A DNA stretch of 64,000 bases, taken from NCBI GenBank assembly GCA_002189035.1, contig NEEC01000004.1:3038001-3102000 (forward strand). Direction: 5' to 3'. The position numbers and the translations under genes are program-made. Of the stretch, positions 41,428 through 55,271 are shown one piece after another (the first letter of the stretch is position 1; every line of letters starts with the position of its first letter). The notes below the pieces were generated by a model. That model did not search any database. It was given only the letters and a program-made list of their open reading frames with translations, and had not been told where the DNA came from. Source of the stretch: Utricularia gibba (lineage: Eukaryota > Plantae > Magnoliophyta).

Positions 41428-42852
41428 ATGGGTTTTGATGATGACAAAGGTGAAGAGGGTAATCGGGGGGTGGATGCCAACAATCCCGGATCCGTATCGG
41501 GGAACCTGGATCCGCAAATGGAGCACGGGAATGCGACTTCGGTTACTAGGAAAATGAGCGAGAGTTCTGTGTACACAACTGAGGATGAAGATGAGGATGA
41601 CAACGAGGCTAAGATTCAGTTGGGTCCTCAATGCACGCTCAAGGAGTTGTCTGAGAAGGACAAGGTAGCCTTTCTGATTAACTTGTTTCCTATTCAGCTT
41701 CATGCTTGAATGTACGTTTGTTTTGGAGATTGCAGGATGATGAGAGCTTGAGAAGGTGGAAGGAACAGCTTCTGGGGAGCGTGGATATGAGCTCTGTCGG
41801 AGGTAATTTTTTCCCTTTCTTTTTGTGAATCTGGGACCTAGTAGAGTGATGTGATTAGATGTTGGTGCGGTTTGCAAGATGAAAAAGTCGGTGGAAATGG
41901 ATGAAATGGAAAGAAGAGAGATACTGACTCTCTGACCTGATAAGAAAAACTATTTTACCCGGGATATGAACCGTTTGACTTGAACAAGGCTGTATCTTTT
42001 TGACTCGGAAAGCTACTAGTCTCCATTCTGTATGTAGTTTATTAGTGTATCAGTTGGGGTCGTACTAGTTATATTCTACAAACCAGTATTTTTTAAAGAT
42101 GCAAAGAACAAACTCAGTTTGCAGCATTATATGGCAATCTTTGATAAGTAGTTACCTCAATGTGCGTAGTTGCCATGTATGTGTTAAGTGAAGCTGTTGT
42201 GTCTGCATTTTGTGATTCTCTTTTCATAGTCCGTCCATGTGTGGGTTAATGGTAATTAGTGACGAAAATGTGTGTGATTCTGTGGTGAAGAGACACTTGA
42301 TCCGGAAGTGAGGATCCTGAGCCTTGCCATCAAATCCCCCGGTAGGATTGACATCATTCTTCCAATTCCGGAAGATGGAAACCCAAAGGGTACCTGGTTT
42401 GTGTTGAAAGAGGGAAGCCGCTACAGCCTTCAGTTTACATTCGAGGTCAGCAACAACATTGTATCAGGCCTCAAGTATAGAAACACAGTCTGGAAAACGG
42501 GCATGAGAGGTTCGTGTGTGGAACTCTGCTCTTTTCCCCCCTTTGATCGCGATTGTCACTGCATCTTGTGTTTCAGTTGACAACACCAAAGAGATGATTG
42601 GGACGTTCAGCCCTCAGGCTGATCCTTACACCCACGAAATGCCTGAGGAGACCACCCCCTGCGGCATGTTTGCCAGGGGATCTTATTCAGCGAAAACGCA
42701 GGTAAGCCAAGCCACACCCACTGCCCATCTCCTGACAGACACTTGATGATCCCATGCGCTCTGCGTCTGTGTAGTTTCTTGATGATGACGACAGATGCTA
42801 CTTGGAACTCAACTACACATTCGACATCAAGAAAGAATGGCTCCCAACATAG
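41428..42852 (+). CDS. RopGDI1: Rho (ROP) GDP-dissociation inhibitor, 5 exons
   Basis: join(41428..41664,41736..41802,42291..42509,42577..42701,42775..42852). Motifs IQLGPQCTLKE..EKDKDDESLRRWKEQLLGSVD, FVLKEGSRY, IVSGLKYRNTVWKTG, TPCGMFARGSYSAK and FLDDDDRCYLELNYTFDIKKEW. Confidence 0.95.
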
Positions 42853-43543
42853 ACCAGCGGTGTGTGCACGCACCCACCTTACCGGAATCACTTAGTTTCA
42901 CTTTCTTTGTTCCACAACTCTTAGACTCAACTACAACATTCATATGTGGGGACTCCGCCATACATTTTCATCAAATAACTGCCCTTTTTCAACCACAGAA
43001 TTAGAAACATACTCTCATTTTATTTTAAATTGATATAATACCTCACTTCGAGTCAATATGACAATATATATATAGATTCATAATTTTTGTTGTGTAATTT
43101 TTTTTTGTTTTCTAATTTTTTTGGATGAAAATGAAAAATAATAATATATTAAAAAATCTTAACATACATATAACGTTAATTGAATAAATAAATGAAACCT
43201 GATATTCTAAATAAATAAATAAATTATGTTTTCATTTATTATTAATCGAATAATTGTCTGTTTTCCACTTATAATTTTTTCTTGATTTTTTTATTTATTT
43301 GCACATAGTTTAATAAACCTGTTATTATTACGTAGGTTTAATTCTAACCGTTTATTTATTTGATTGTTATGTAGATTCAATAATTAATAATTAATTTGAT
43401 TATTAAAGCTATTTATTACACAGGTTTCATAGTAGTCTAAATTAGAGTTATTTGGATATGTCTAATGGTGTTGCATGCAACATGCGTTTCGTACCCACAT
43501 TTTTATCATATGAATTTATTTTTATCCCACGTTGGATACTAAT

Positions 43544-44714
43544 TGATAAACGAAAAATTGTACAAGTCGTTAATTGCAAATTTTCCAATCAAATAAATTT
43601 ATAACCTAACCCACATTCAAGCATAAAACAATTATGAGCAGTGATTAGGGTTGAACACGAAGAGCAGGTGCTTGTCAAGTGATTAGCCAAAGCATGAAAT
43701 CAGTGTCACGTTGGCAAAATTGGTCTTAACTAGGACTAAGTCAGGACTACAACGAAATACAGTAAAGAAAAGTAACAAGTTTGGATTCGGTAGTTTCTAT
43801 AATGGAATGGGTGATGCCTTGGGACTCCTAGTGGATGTATGTATATCACTAAATAAGTTCACATAAATCAAAAATCATTCAACTAACTCACAAGATCTAG
43901 GTCTACCCGGATTCTTGTTTTTCCCCCTAATCTTTGGTCTACCTCTAATTAGGGTTGTTAGTTAGGTTTCACTACCTCCCCTCCTGGATCTATCCTGGTT
44001 TGCTAAAGAAGTAGTGTAACTTATGATTTATGAGGTCTAAAGATGGATTAGCATATTTCTCCCCTTCTCACCCCAAGGCATCCCCCTCTAAGTGCTTAGC
44101 TACTCATGGTAATGGAAAGTAAAACACCTTCATAGCAGATACTAAGCAACATCTTGGCTACAAATGCTAAACAATAACGAGCAATATGAAGCAAAAGTAG
44201 GACAAACACTTTGTTCACACAGGAAATCCAAATCTAGTCTTAGTTAGGAATAATAAATATGAAGAACGAAAATAATTTCTCAAGAGAAGCTGTGTTCTTC
44301 TGGTTCGTCGTCCCCTCCTTCTTCTTCCTCTAGAAAAATCTCTAGAAACTTGTCTTGAGTCTCCAAAGGTAGATCTGCTTCTCTCTCCAACTTTCCTCCC
44401 TTTTTGTCCAAAATCTTCCTTTTTTTCCTCCTTGGACTTTGTGTGTATTCTTCTTCAAACTTCTATCACATTTCCTGCCACTACACTGTTCATACTCGGC
44501 TCCTTGGGATTTGTGTTGCGACCCATGCTGCATTGCTTGAAAGGAACTGTTAGAAGGTTGGGACTAAATCGCAGATTTAGTCCCAACTAAGACTAAAAGT
44601 GCACTCCTACGGTACTTATGTGCAAAAATATAGAAACCGTCAATTAAGCTTAATTTTTGTAGCATAAAATGAGTAAATTCCATGCATTGAGCCACTCAAA
44701 AATATGTGTTATCA
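43544..44714 (-). mobile_element. Athila-like solo LTR (copy D) with 5-bp TSD CTAAT
   Basis: Minus-strand termini TGATAACAC...CGTTTATCA. CTAAT is present at 43539-43543 and 44715-44719. It is the sister of copy E (61254-62421). Confidence 0.92.
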
Positions 44715-45395
44715 CTAATATATACAATAGGAGTGATATCTAAATTTATTAAACCAAGGCTTCAATATGAATATGTATAAGTTGCTAAGCACCCGATTCG
44801 TCTTCCCACACTCCAGCCTACATTAAAAAAAAATGCTTCTTGCTTTTTTATTATAAAATAAAATAAGTTAGACAATTCAAAAAATTATTTTTACAACAAA
44901 AAACATGAAGATGTGGAGATTGTACTAATCCGCACAGCCCGACCTATTTCTTTAAATTAACAAAAAAAAATCCCAAGCACGGTGCTTGAGATTATTATTA
45001 TTTTATTTCATAATTAATAGAACTGGATCGTGAAATTTAATTCAATTCATACAATCCAAACTCTTTTTAATAACTTAATTTTTGTAATTAAAAAATATCA
45101 CAATACTTTTTAAAGATAACATTGAATGACATCATAGATTTAAATAAATCAATCCCCCACTTGGTTTCTATGTATCCATATAATGAACTTACAATGATTT
45201 TAAGTGAAAAGATGGGTAAAATTAAACCCAAATAAAAGCCACGTATTAAAGATAGGTAACATATTAAACTCACAAAACTTGTAGGGTCATAGCAGAAATA
45301 TAGAAGAAGGTTTTAAATTTGAAAGCAAAAGATTTGATTAAAGTTAAGTATTATGTACCATTTCTATTTTAAATGTTATAAAACTTAGTAAAAAA

Positions 45396-45448
<53 letters not shown>

Positions 45449-45482
45449 GTATTAATATTATTATTAGTATTATTATTATTAT
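45396..45482. repeat. (ATT)n microsatellite
   Basis: A long run of TAT/ATT units with a few interruptions. Confidence 0.95.
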
Positions 45483-48400
45483 ATTTTTTTTATATGATCT
45501 AAAAATCCAAAAAAAAAAAAGTGACATAGTAGGAGTTTTCCAAACAAGAAGGACATCCAAGACATAATCTCTAAACAAACTAAACTTATAGTGGATGAAA
45601 CACTGAAATTGTCTATGATCTATGTATTATGATATGCCAAAATTTGTTATAATGATTAAATAAATTGCTTGCTTGAATTCAGAAAACTGAAATCACAAGT
45701 AAAACAAAAAGAATGAATAAAGAGAAATAAAATAATTAAGTGTACTTATGAATAGGAACTAAAAGAGACTTTGAACTTAAGAGTTTGGGAATCTCATCTT
45801 TCGAACTTCAACTTGATTGTATTTTTGTTCTTCTTACTCATCTTTAGATAGAAAACAAACTTTCAATTTCTATTTTCATTTTTCTATTTATGATTGCCAC
45901 CCATGATTAAACGTTTTTAATTTATGAAAATTGAAATTGATAAAGTTTATTTTAATGCATTGAATACAATTTCTCAATTATTTTTTGGATTTCTTCCAAC
46001 TTTTGTATACTTTTACATGCAATGTTATAACATGTATATAACACTTCTTAGTTATAGTTCAAGAGCAATTGAACACTAATTGTGGATTTTCACATAAAGT
46101 AAGGTGAAGAGCAGCACTTTCTAGCCTTTTGGGTTTAAGAAATATATTAAATTATTTATGATCAACATACATCATTAATAAAAGGGGCATGACCTTGTAC
46201 TCAGGTCATTGATAATTAGCAATTGTTGAGCACACATGTAGAATTCAATGTTAAAGACAATTAATGACAATTCTCTTGTTTTTTAAATTGTCCAAAAGAA
46301 AATAGCATGGGACTATTCTGATGCATCATTTTAAGAGAATGTAAAAGAACATAGACTATTCTTTTTTCCTATAATCAGTTATTTGGAAGAAACAAATGAA
46401 AGACGAGGCAATGACAAACATAGAAAAAAAACAAATTCTTCTTTTACGAATTATTTTCCTTAATCAAGATCCATTACTTAAGTATTACCTTATGCTTTAG
46501 CATTTTAAAACCTTCTTACAAAACACATGATAGTTTGTAATAGGTTAATTTGTAACATTTTCATAAAAACTCAATTTCTTGTAATCATCATTCATACTAT
46601 GCTTAATTATGTTTTATGCTTTAATTCAAATTTATCGAGAATGCAACACTCAACAAATTTTTGTCACCATTGCTAAGGAATTGTGTGTGTGTTGTGTTTT
46701 TTTATATGATTTTGTATTTATTTTTTTTCTTTTTCTTTTATTTCCTTCTTTTCCTCTTTTCTTTTGTTTTTGTTTTATCTTGTGTTTTCTCTTTTTATAC
46801 AATAACTTTCAACCTAGGGCTTTCCAATCTTGAGATTTATTGAAAAGTTTTATGTTTGTTGAATCCAAAGATTGAACATAAATGTTTGGTCAAAAGGATG
46901 AAATAAACATTCAGTTCATCTACTAATGGAGGAATGACAGTTAGCTACTTGTTGGAATCCTCATGAGCATGGACAACAAAAGCAACATGCTGAAAATTTT
47001 TCAGTTCTATCAATCGCAATTTATGGGCCAGTACTAAGCACATTCAAAGAAGAAACTATTGCAACAACACTTCCACAAATAATTGACTTCCGTAATTAGA
47101 GGGTAGATGGATGCTACTCATAATTTTTCACTATTAAAAAATTATCATAGTACTGATATTTGAAGATTGATTGAATAAATAGCTACAAACTTTTATTCAA
47201 TCATAGATCTATACGATAACTCATACCTATCATTTGGATAGAGCACCAAACTCGTAAAAACAATACATGAAGTTGATTATTCCAAAATCATGGCTCAACT
47301 TGTTAAGATGAGTGACACTTTAAAGATTGGCTTCTAATATATCCTTTATCATCAATTATATCTTCTAAGTCAAGAATGGATCTATCATCAGATTTATTAG
47401 AAAATTATCAAAGTAAACATATGACTATTCTGTAAATGTATGTTCATCTTGAACTATTGGATAGTTTGTTTATGAAGGTAAAATATAATCATTATTGATA
47501 TAATTAGTATATAAGAAATATATTACAAGATTCTAGTAAAATTAGATACTTGAAGTTTAAATTGTAAATCTTTATAGTAAGTATATTCCCCACTACTATA
47601 TATATGAGTTTTTTTCATTGTTTCCTTATAATTAAAAAAACAAGAATGTAAAATTAAATTATTACAATAAAACATCTTAAATATTTCAAAGTAAAATAAC
47701 TATATATGCATAGTTTCACTCAATTGCTACTTAGTTGAAATTTTGCTCAATTAACCATCAATTAAAATGTTCATAAACAAAAAAATTTGTGTGTTGTTGA
47801 TATAATACCATTTCTGTATCAAATAAATTTTTATAACTAATTCAATCACAATCATTTCAAACACAAAGTGTATAATCGTAGAATAAGAGTCGATCACAAG
47901 GAGCAGTTACTTGCAATATATTTTTCATGATGCAAAATTCAGAATAAATTTTTAATCTTATTTCAAAATCAAACTAATAATGCTTTGTAGGTTCAGTAAT
48001 TGATATATAAAATATGATCTCTTAAAGATGAATTGAAGAGAATATCAAAAGTATTGCGAGACAAAGAATCATAGAAAAATAATATTCAACAAACTAAAGA
48101 TAAACTGAAATAATTTTTTATTTTTCATCAGTTACTATTCACTACCTGAATTAGCAATGCTAAATTGGATTTACGATATTTGTTCTTGAAGTTAGAAGTT
48201 TCTTTTTTTGAAAATCTTATTCTCTCTTATTCTTCCTTCCTTTCATTCATTGTTTTTTTCTTTGTTCTAGCACCTTTTTTTGTTCTTTGTTGTTCTCTTC
48301 TAAAATATCTCCCCCTCTTCTTTTCTCTTTCTCAAATACAAGTATGGTTTCTGACACTCGTAGTGTTTATGTCTCTGACGTATAGTCTATTGCTGCAATG

Positions 48401-50552
48401 AAAGTTGCACTCATTTTCTCTCCCCTTTGTACTATGTGTTCTGCTGATTGGTTGCTGCACAAAATTGATATTCTGCCTTTAGTTTTAAGACTTTTTTATT
48501 GGACTTGCAATTGGTTAATACATATGAAGTGTTAAATCAAAGGATTTGGTCTACATTTATACAAAATTACAATTATTCCTAAACCCTAGGAAATCACTGA
48601 AAATAATACGATAAAGAGTCAAATCATAGTAAAAAATTATAATTTTTATATCTTAAAAATATGAAAAATCATGTGTTATCAAATATGATCCATCCCAAAT
48701 TCAGAATTTTGGAAACCTAATACAAATTGATGTGTTACATTGTTTGAGATCTACATAAAATTGGCATTGCATTATTTGTGTCAAAAAACTTGGTGGTTAA
48801 ATATATATACTCCGTAGTTGAGTTGATCCCAAACTCTATTCGAATGAATTCTACAAGATTTTTAAAGGTAATCGTACTTAATGAATATAATTTTCATGGG
48901 ATATGTATCATAACTAATGTACTTTTTTTCATTTTGGATTACTTGATCACCATAGATCATTTTAATTGCCGCCTTTGCCACAAATCTAAAATAATGAAAA
49001 CACATATTGAAGTTTTATGTTATGCAATTAGGATTGTGTAAATGGATAGCGTGGCAAGAAAACAATACACAATTGTGACATATCCAAAGCCACGGCAGTA
49101 TGGTAGTAACAATGTTGGTTTTATTTGGATTTATTTAAATATAAGCTTGAGCTTGTGCGGCTTAATGCAATCCTAATGACCTCATCTTATTTTTTTTTTT
49201 AAAAAAATACTCTTTTTGTTTTCATCTATTATAAAAAATAAGATTAAAACATTTAGTATAATATGAGAAATTTCTTGTTCATAATTATACAAGAGAAAAA
49301 GAAAAAAAAAGATGCAATCATCGCATACTGTTCTATATAGAGTTGGTGCTCAATGGATTACTAGATCTAAATAGAAATATTGTACTTAATACTTTTAATG
49401 CAATTCATATGATCCCACCCAACTTGCTTGTTTTAAAAAGATCCTTTTGTGTTTTCAATCGTAATACACAATCTATTCCATAGAATATAAGAAATTTCTC
49501 ATTCATAATTATAGAAAAGAAAAGAAAAAAATATATTAGATAGCATCTAAAACTTTATATGGAAATTATATATTTATAAAAAATATATATTAAACAAGAA
49601 AGCAAAAATATTGAACAACAATCATAGAATATTACCTTACCAAATAAAAAAACTCCACTATTTGACTGACATTACTTCCAACTATTTTGCGTAAATTGTT
49701 CCACATCATTTTTACATCTAATCTCAAAAATTTAATATTCCTAGAATTAATAATATATCGGAAATATTCTTGATACATTATCTTAATACTAGACATGCTT
49801 AGTTTTTATTATTTCAATATTTGACATAATTGATCTCCGAATAAAAATGGTATTATGAATTATTCTAACTGGTTTTTTTTAACGTAAATGATTCTCAATT
49901 TTGATAAAATTGAGCCTTATTTTAAATATGAAAACTTATTTTAAATATTTCAGGAGTTATTCAAATTTGTTTTTATTTGAAAATACAAATATATTATATT
50001 TATATTATATATGTATCACAACAACATAAATATATTTTTCTATATAGTATAATTATATTTCAATAAATGAAAACAAATTTTTTTATACTCTAATTTATAT
50101 TAAAAGTGATCACTACAATAAAATTATAGTGGTTCTAGATTTTTAAGCATTGTAAAAATTTGTTAAAGTTAATATAATTGTGTAATAATTATTTGAATTA
50201 AAACTATGAACCATCAATTTATATTAAAATATTTAAATATTCAAAATATTCATTAAAATATATAGATGAGTTAATTGATTTGTGAGACATTCATTATTCT
50301 GTCAGCATATAGTCAATGTATTGTTTTTGGTAATGGATTTCGTAGACACTCATATGATTCTTAAAGATGTCAATGATCAATTCTGAACACTTATAATGAT
50401 TTATAAGTTTACTTAGGATCAATTGTGGACACTCATAACAGTTGTTAAGAATATCTAAAAACAATTCTATGAAATAAAGATTTACTCTCAAGTACCCATA
50501 ACGCTTAGTATGAATACTTGGAAAACACATCATTCATTTAAATAGTAACCAT

Positions 50553-50721
50553 CAGGTTTCGGTTTTGGTTTGGTTCAACTGCTTTGGTTTCAGTTTTGAT
50601 TCGCTTCAACGTTTCGGAATCTGATTCCAAACCGAAGCAGGAATCATAATCTACGATGAACCATGGTTTAGGAACTGTCAATTCAAGAAAACCGTTTGGT
50701 TCGAAACTGGTTGTACCTCTA
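50553..50721 (-). mobile_element. Possible hAT-type non-autonomous element end
   Basis: A cluster of GGTT(T/C) and AACC subterminal-like motifs ends in GTTGTACCTCTA (TAGAGGTACAAC on the minus strand), resembling hAT MITE termini. The partner end was not found. Confidence 0.3.
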
Positions 50722-51019
50722 CTTGTGATAGATGAAAGAAAAAAAAAGTTATTGAATCATCTTCATATTGAGGTATTGTTTTAGCTTATTTTGAAAATTT
50801 TCATAACTGTGTAGAAAATAATAATTCGGCATATTGTAATTTAAACTGTATCAAGTTCATCTCATATTCAATAACACTTTACAATGATGACACTAGTAGC
50901 CCAAACAGATTGCTAAACAGTCAGATTTGAGTAGGTTGGCGGGGCAAGCCAAGTAATGCTCAAAACGGTGCTGCAAGTGCAAGTGGGACGGAGCATGCCA
51001 AGCCATTAGAAAAAAAAAT

Positions 51020-51657
51020 AGTAAAATACATATTTTTAAAAAAGTTATTGGAAAAATACAAAGTTGATAAATAGTTTGCAAAATACATATTTTCACCTAT
51101 TTCGGCTTTCTCGTGTAGTGGAACTCCACTTCGGATGAGATAGATTCTGATGTTCCTTTTTCACTTGCACAGTGAATTTTGAGGGACCTCTTCCGTTTTT
51201 GCTGCATGATCGGGTCGAAGTGCGGACCAATCGATGCGGATTCGAGCTTCGGAGATGAAGGGATCGGGGATTTGAGAGTCACGCGGAGGCTTTTGTCGCT
51301 GGAATCCACCACCGCTTCGTGATTTTTTTGATCCGCGTACACGTTGTTTGGATACATCTTCTTAAGATAGCATTAATTTAATATTTGAAAAAATATAAAC
51401 ACTCGATTTGTATGAGCAGCCCTCCAGGAGGTACTGTGGCTTGCGAGCCACCACTGCAAGTAGTAAGTGCACGTATCTCAAGAATGTGAAGTCACTATAG
51501 CGGTCTATGTGGCTGACACATAAGTGTTCACATGGCAGATGACATGGCTCATCTCAATACTAAGATTGAACGCCACCTGAACATACATGTATTTTGTTAA
51601 CATTTGATTTAGTTGAGGTATTTTGTCAATTTACATTTTTTAAACATATATTTTGCC
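51020..51657. mobile_element. MULE-like non-autonomous element with about 75-bp degenerate TIRs enclosing a GC-richer coding-like fragment
   Basis: 51020-51095 (GTAAAATACATATTTTTAAAAAAG..GAAAAATAC..GCAAAATACATA) aligns with the reverse complement of 51585-51657 (GGCAAAATATATGTTTAAAAAATG..CAAAATAC..ACAAAATACATG). No clear 9-bp TSD. Confidence 0.5.
51097..51357 (-). other. 86-codon ATG-initiated ORF of unknown family, possibly a captured gene fragment
   Basis: True ATG at 51357. MYPNNVYADQKNHEAVVDSSDKSLRVTLKSPIPSSPK..QQKRKRSLK; GC-richer than the flanks and located between the MULE-like TIRs. Confidence 0.35.
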
Positions 51658-52620
51658 AATCTACCCCGAGCCACTACTCTCCCACATGCCACCCACAAAT
51701 TCTGAGACTCCAAGAATCGGCATTTACATCCAAACAAGCATTTATTATTCTATTGTAGTGCTCAAAACGCGTCCCAATAACGTACATAATCACCTTAAAT
51801 TGCCCAAGAAGCTCTCAAATATGATTTTTTTTTTCATTGCAAAATTTGCAATCTAAAATTAATATTAAGATGATATTAGTAATTTATCATATATTTAATT
51901 TAGGTTTGCAAATTCTAAAAAGAAAATTACAAAATACCACCAATTCAATATTAATTAATTATTCTATTTTATAGCATAAAATAAAACTTATAATATAATA
52001 TAAAGTTTATGAAATATTTTTAATTAACATTAAAATTAAATATTAAATTTATTTAGTATAATTTTTTTTACTTTTTATATTATTTTTTACATATTGCTTG
52101 AGGTAATAAGCAACTCCCACGCGATCATGTACATTGGTTATCACCACAATGACTACTCTTGGATGATGTTTTGGTAACAAGTAATATCAAAAGACACTTG
52201 GACGACGCTTATGGTGACAGGCGACATCCGAAAACTTCTGCACACTGCATGTGGTGACAAACAATATTAAAAGATTCTTAACATTGCTTGTGCCTAGATG
52301 CACTGCCCAAATTTATTGGGGCGTTTTTTTTTTCATTTTAGACATTATTCAACAAATTAACAATATTTTTGGTGATAAATAATATTTAGATATTAAAAAT
52401 AGCAATTAGATAAAATCAAGATATAAAATTATTATATTTATATTATTTTTATTCTATATTTTTTATTTAAAACTATGATTTTAAAAAATACAATATATAA
52501 ATTAAATCTTAAACATTTAATTGACTAATTCTCTTATGAAAAATAAATATTTTTTAATTTATATTTATATTCATAATGTAATTTTTACATTATCAACTTA
52601 TTACTTTTGGTAATACATAC

Positions 52621-54044
52621 CGATGACACATTTTTCTTGAAATTCATAATGCAAAATAGTTATATTTTATTATGGTTTAGGTTAGATAAATGTGGTTTTT
52701 CATGCTTTAGTGTTGTTTATGTTAATCCTATGTGATTATGTTGAAAAGTGGACTAAATCCTTTGATTTAGTCCACAATTCTTGTTATTGATGTTTCAGTA
52801 AGTTCAGCAGGGAGATAAGCTGAAAATCAGACTTGCAAGCATGTAAAACAAGCGAAAAAGGGCGCAAAATCCAGAGAAGGACAAAGGGCATTGTTTTGCT
52901 GCCACCGCAGTCTGTAAGTTCAGGCCAGGAGCAGTACTGGAGCCAGGAACAGTACTCGCAGTCAGAAACAATGCAATGGAGTGAAGCAAAAGAAAAGGAA
53001 ATTAATTCGGAAAAAAGAAGAAAGGGCACGAAGAACACAGAGCAACCCAGAGGGGGGATGCAAGGGGTCTTCTTCCCCAACGGGAAAAACACCAACCAGA
53101 AGGGGGAAGGGAGGCCTTCATCACCAAGAATAGCATCGGAGCCCAATCTAGTGCTACTGTTCCGGGCGGTGAACAGTAGCTAACGGGCGGAAGAACAATC
53201 TTTATTTACTTTCTAGTTTTCTGAACATTTTGAGTTTCTGCATTTGACTTGTTTACAATGTTTCTGCCACTTTGGCTAACTTCTATGAATGAAATCGTGT
53301 TTTATTTCCAAAGCATGAGTGGCTAGAGTCTTAGGGATGCCTTAAGGTGAAGTGGTGTGGTGTGTGCTTAGGTTTGATAATGAAATTTATGTGTATTCCT
53401 TAACTCTTGTTTCTAACAAACTATGGGTAGACCTAAGGAGAGAAGCAAGTAGTTTCACAACTTAGATGCTTGGTTTAGAGGTAGACCAACAAACCAAGAC
53501 ATGATTAATCGGTGTTAGTCTAGGGTAGAACCAGTAGAACCGGGTAGACCTAGTTCTATATGCCTTGCATGCGAGTAGACCTAATTGCAATGTTGGTTAT
53601 GATATTGGGGACTAGCTTAAGCCAAAAATATGATTAATGACCTGGGTAGACTTAAGTTATTTGAAGTTGTGAGTGTAGGAAGATAGTAAATTAAGTTAGG
53701 AACCTTAGCATGACACCACCTACAGATCCTTAAGGCATCCTCGTATTAGTCTGAGTCAAAACCAGTACTTGTTACCTTAGCGTAGAAATCTGATATTACT
53801 TACCTACCTTATTTACTGAACTTGTTTACCACTGTTAGTCCGAGCTTAGAATAAGACTTACTGTTATCCGAAATCTTGCATCTACTAAAATATTTAGCAA
53901 GCACAAGCTCTTCGTGATTGACCCCAATATCCACTATACAAGTTTTCCAAATTTGTATTTTGTGTAGATTAGGGATTATAAATTTATTTGATACGGATTT
54001 TCTATTTTTATTTGCAACGATATTAGGAAAATTTCCGTTTATCA
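52621..54044 (+). mobile_element. Athila-like solo LTR (copy B, 1424 bp) with 5-bp TSD CATAC
   Basis: CATAC at 52616-52620 and 54045-54049. The 5' terminus CGATGACACA is a mutated TGATAACACA and the 3' terminus is CCGTTTATCA. The hairpin sits at the same +127 offset as in copy A, which supports the start. Confidence 0.88.
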
Positions 54045-55271
54045 CATACATATTCTAAAACTTCTCACATGATAATGCATAATAAATACATTAATGTTCA
54101 AATTTTTAATTTCAAATAATATACTTTTTATGATAAATGTATTTTCTATGACAACTCACATGAGAATGTATATTAAATATATTAAATTTTAATTCTTTAA
54201 TTTCAAATAAGATATCTTTATTTAATCTTCTTAAAATGCATGATGAATAGTTTTTGATTATTACATCAACAAACAAGGTTAAGTATAGAAGAAATGTGAT
54301 ATAATGTCCCTTAAATTATGCTATATGTGTCACGCAGATAATACTTATTTTGGAAATTTAATAATATAATATTCATTAATTTTTAAATATTTGATCTTTG
54401 ATAGTTTTACAAAACATGTTAGTACATTTAATAAATTTTTAAAATAATTTTTATATTCATAGATAAATTTCATATGGCACTTGGTATTTATTGTGGTGAT
54501 GATGCATCCAACATATTCACATAAATGAAGGATTGAGACATTGGATTTCAAAAGGTAGAAACAGCCGAATGAAGTATTCCTAATTCTACAAATTTTACAT
54601 ATAAGTAAACCTAAATGTCTAAGTGGGTAATGAAATTAGGAATTAATTTAAATGAAAACATGAGAAACAACTTAGATAGACTTAAGTTTTTTAGAGTATG
54701 CATATAAATAAATTATAAATTAGATTAGAAACTTAAACACCTCATCATATGAACCATCTTAAGGCATTTTAATATTATTTCATACTTGCAACTTGTATTA
54801 GTTATATTTAGCATTGATACTTGATTTTACTTATTGAGTTTGGATGTTGCTGTTAATTTGACCTTGAATTTAATGTTTATACTGAATTCTACATCTCAAA
54901 AAATGTATGACAAGCATCTACTTTTTATGATTGATTCCAAATTCCATTGTATATTTTATGTTAAATTTATATTTTGTGATGATTAGAGCTTATAAATTTA
55001 TTTAATATTAGAATTAATTTTCTTTTACAACGATACTATAATTTTCGTTTATCACTTAATTTCATACTTAGTTACTAGAAGCTCTAAATGCATTTGGGTA
55101 ATACTATTCTCGTTCATTTGTTGGGAAGCAAATGAACCTATATTGTTCAAGTATTGTACTCCATGAAGTAAATCAATATCCTCATGAATGAATATATGGA
55201 ATGAACCTATGACAATCGCAGTTGGTGGCATCCATCGTATTTAAGAAAATATTAGATAAAAATTTTTAGTA

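Noticed and set aside
45369-45578. Poly-isoleucine ORF
   Set aside because: An artefact of the (ATT)n microsatellite.
45540-48150. Helitron, hAT or FAR1 transposase relics
   Set aside because: Patchy coding-like composition only, with no diagnostic motif I could support.
8705-54044. LTRs A and B as the two ends of one giant element
   Set aside because: B has its own TSD (CATAC), and A is preceded by a 3'-type junction rather than followed by a PBS. They are independent insertions.
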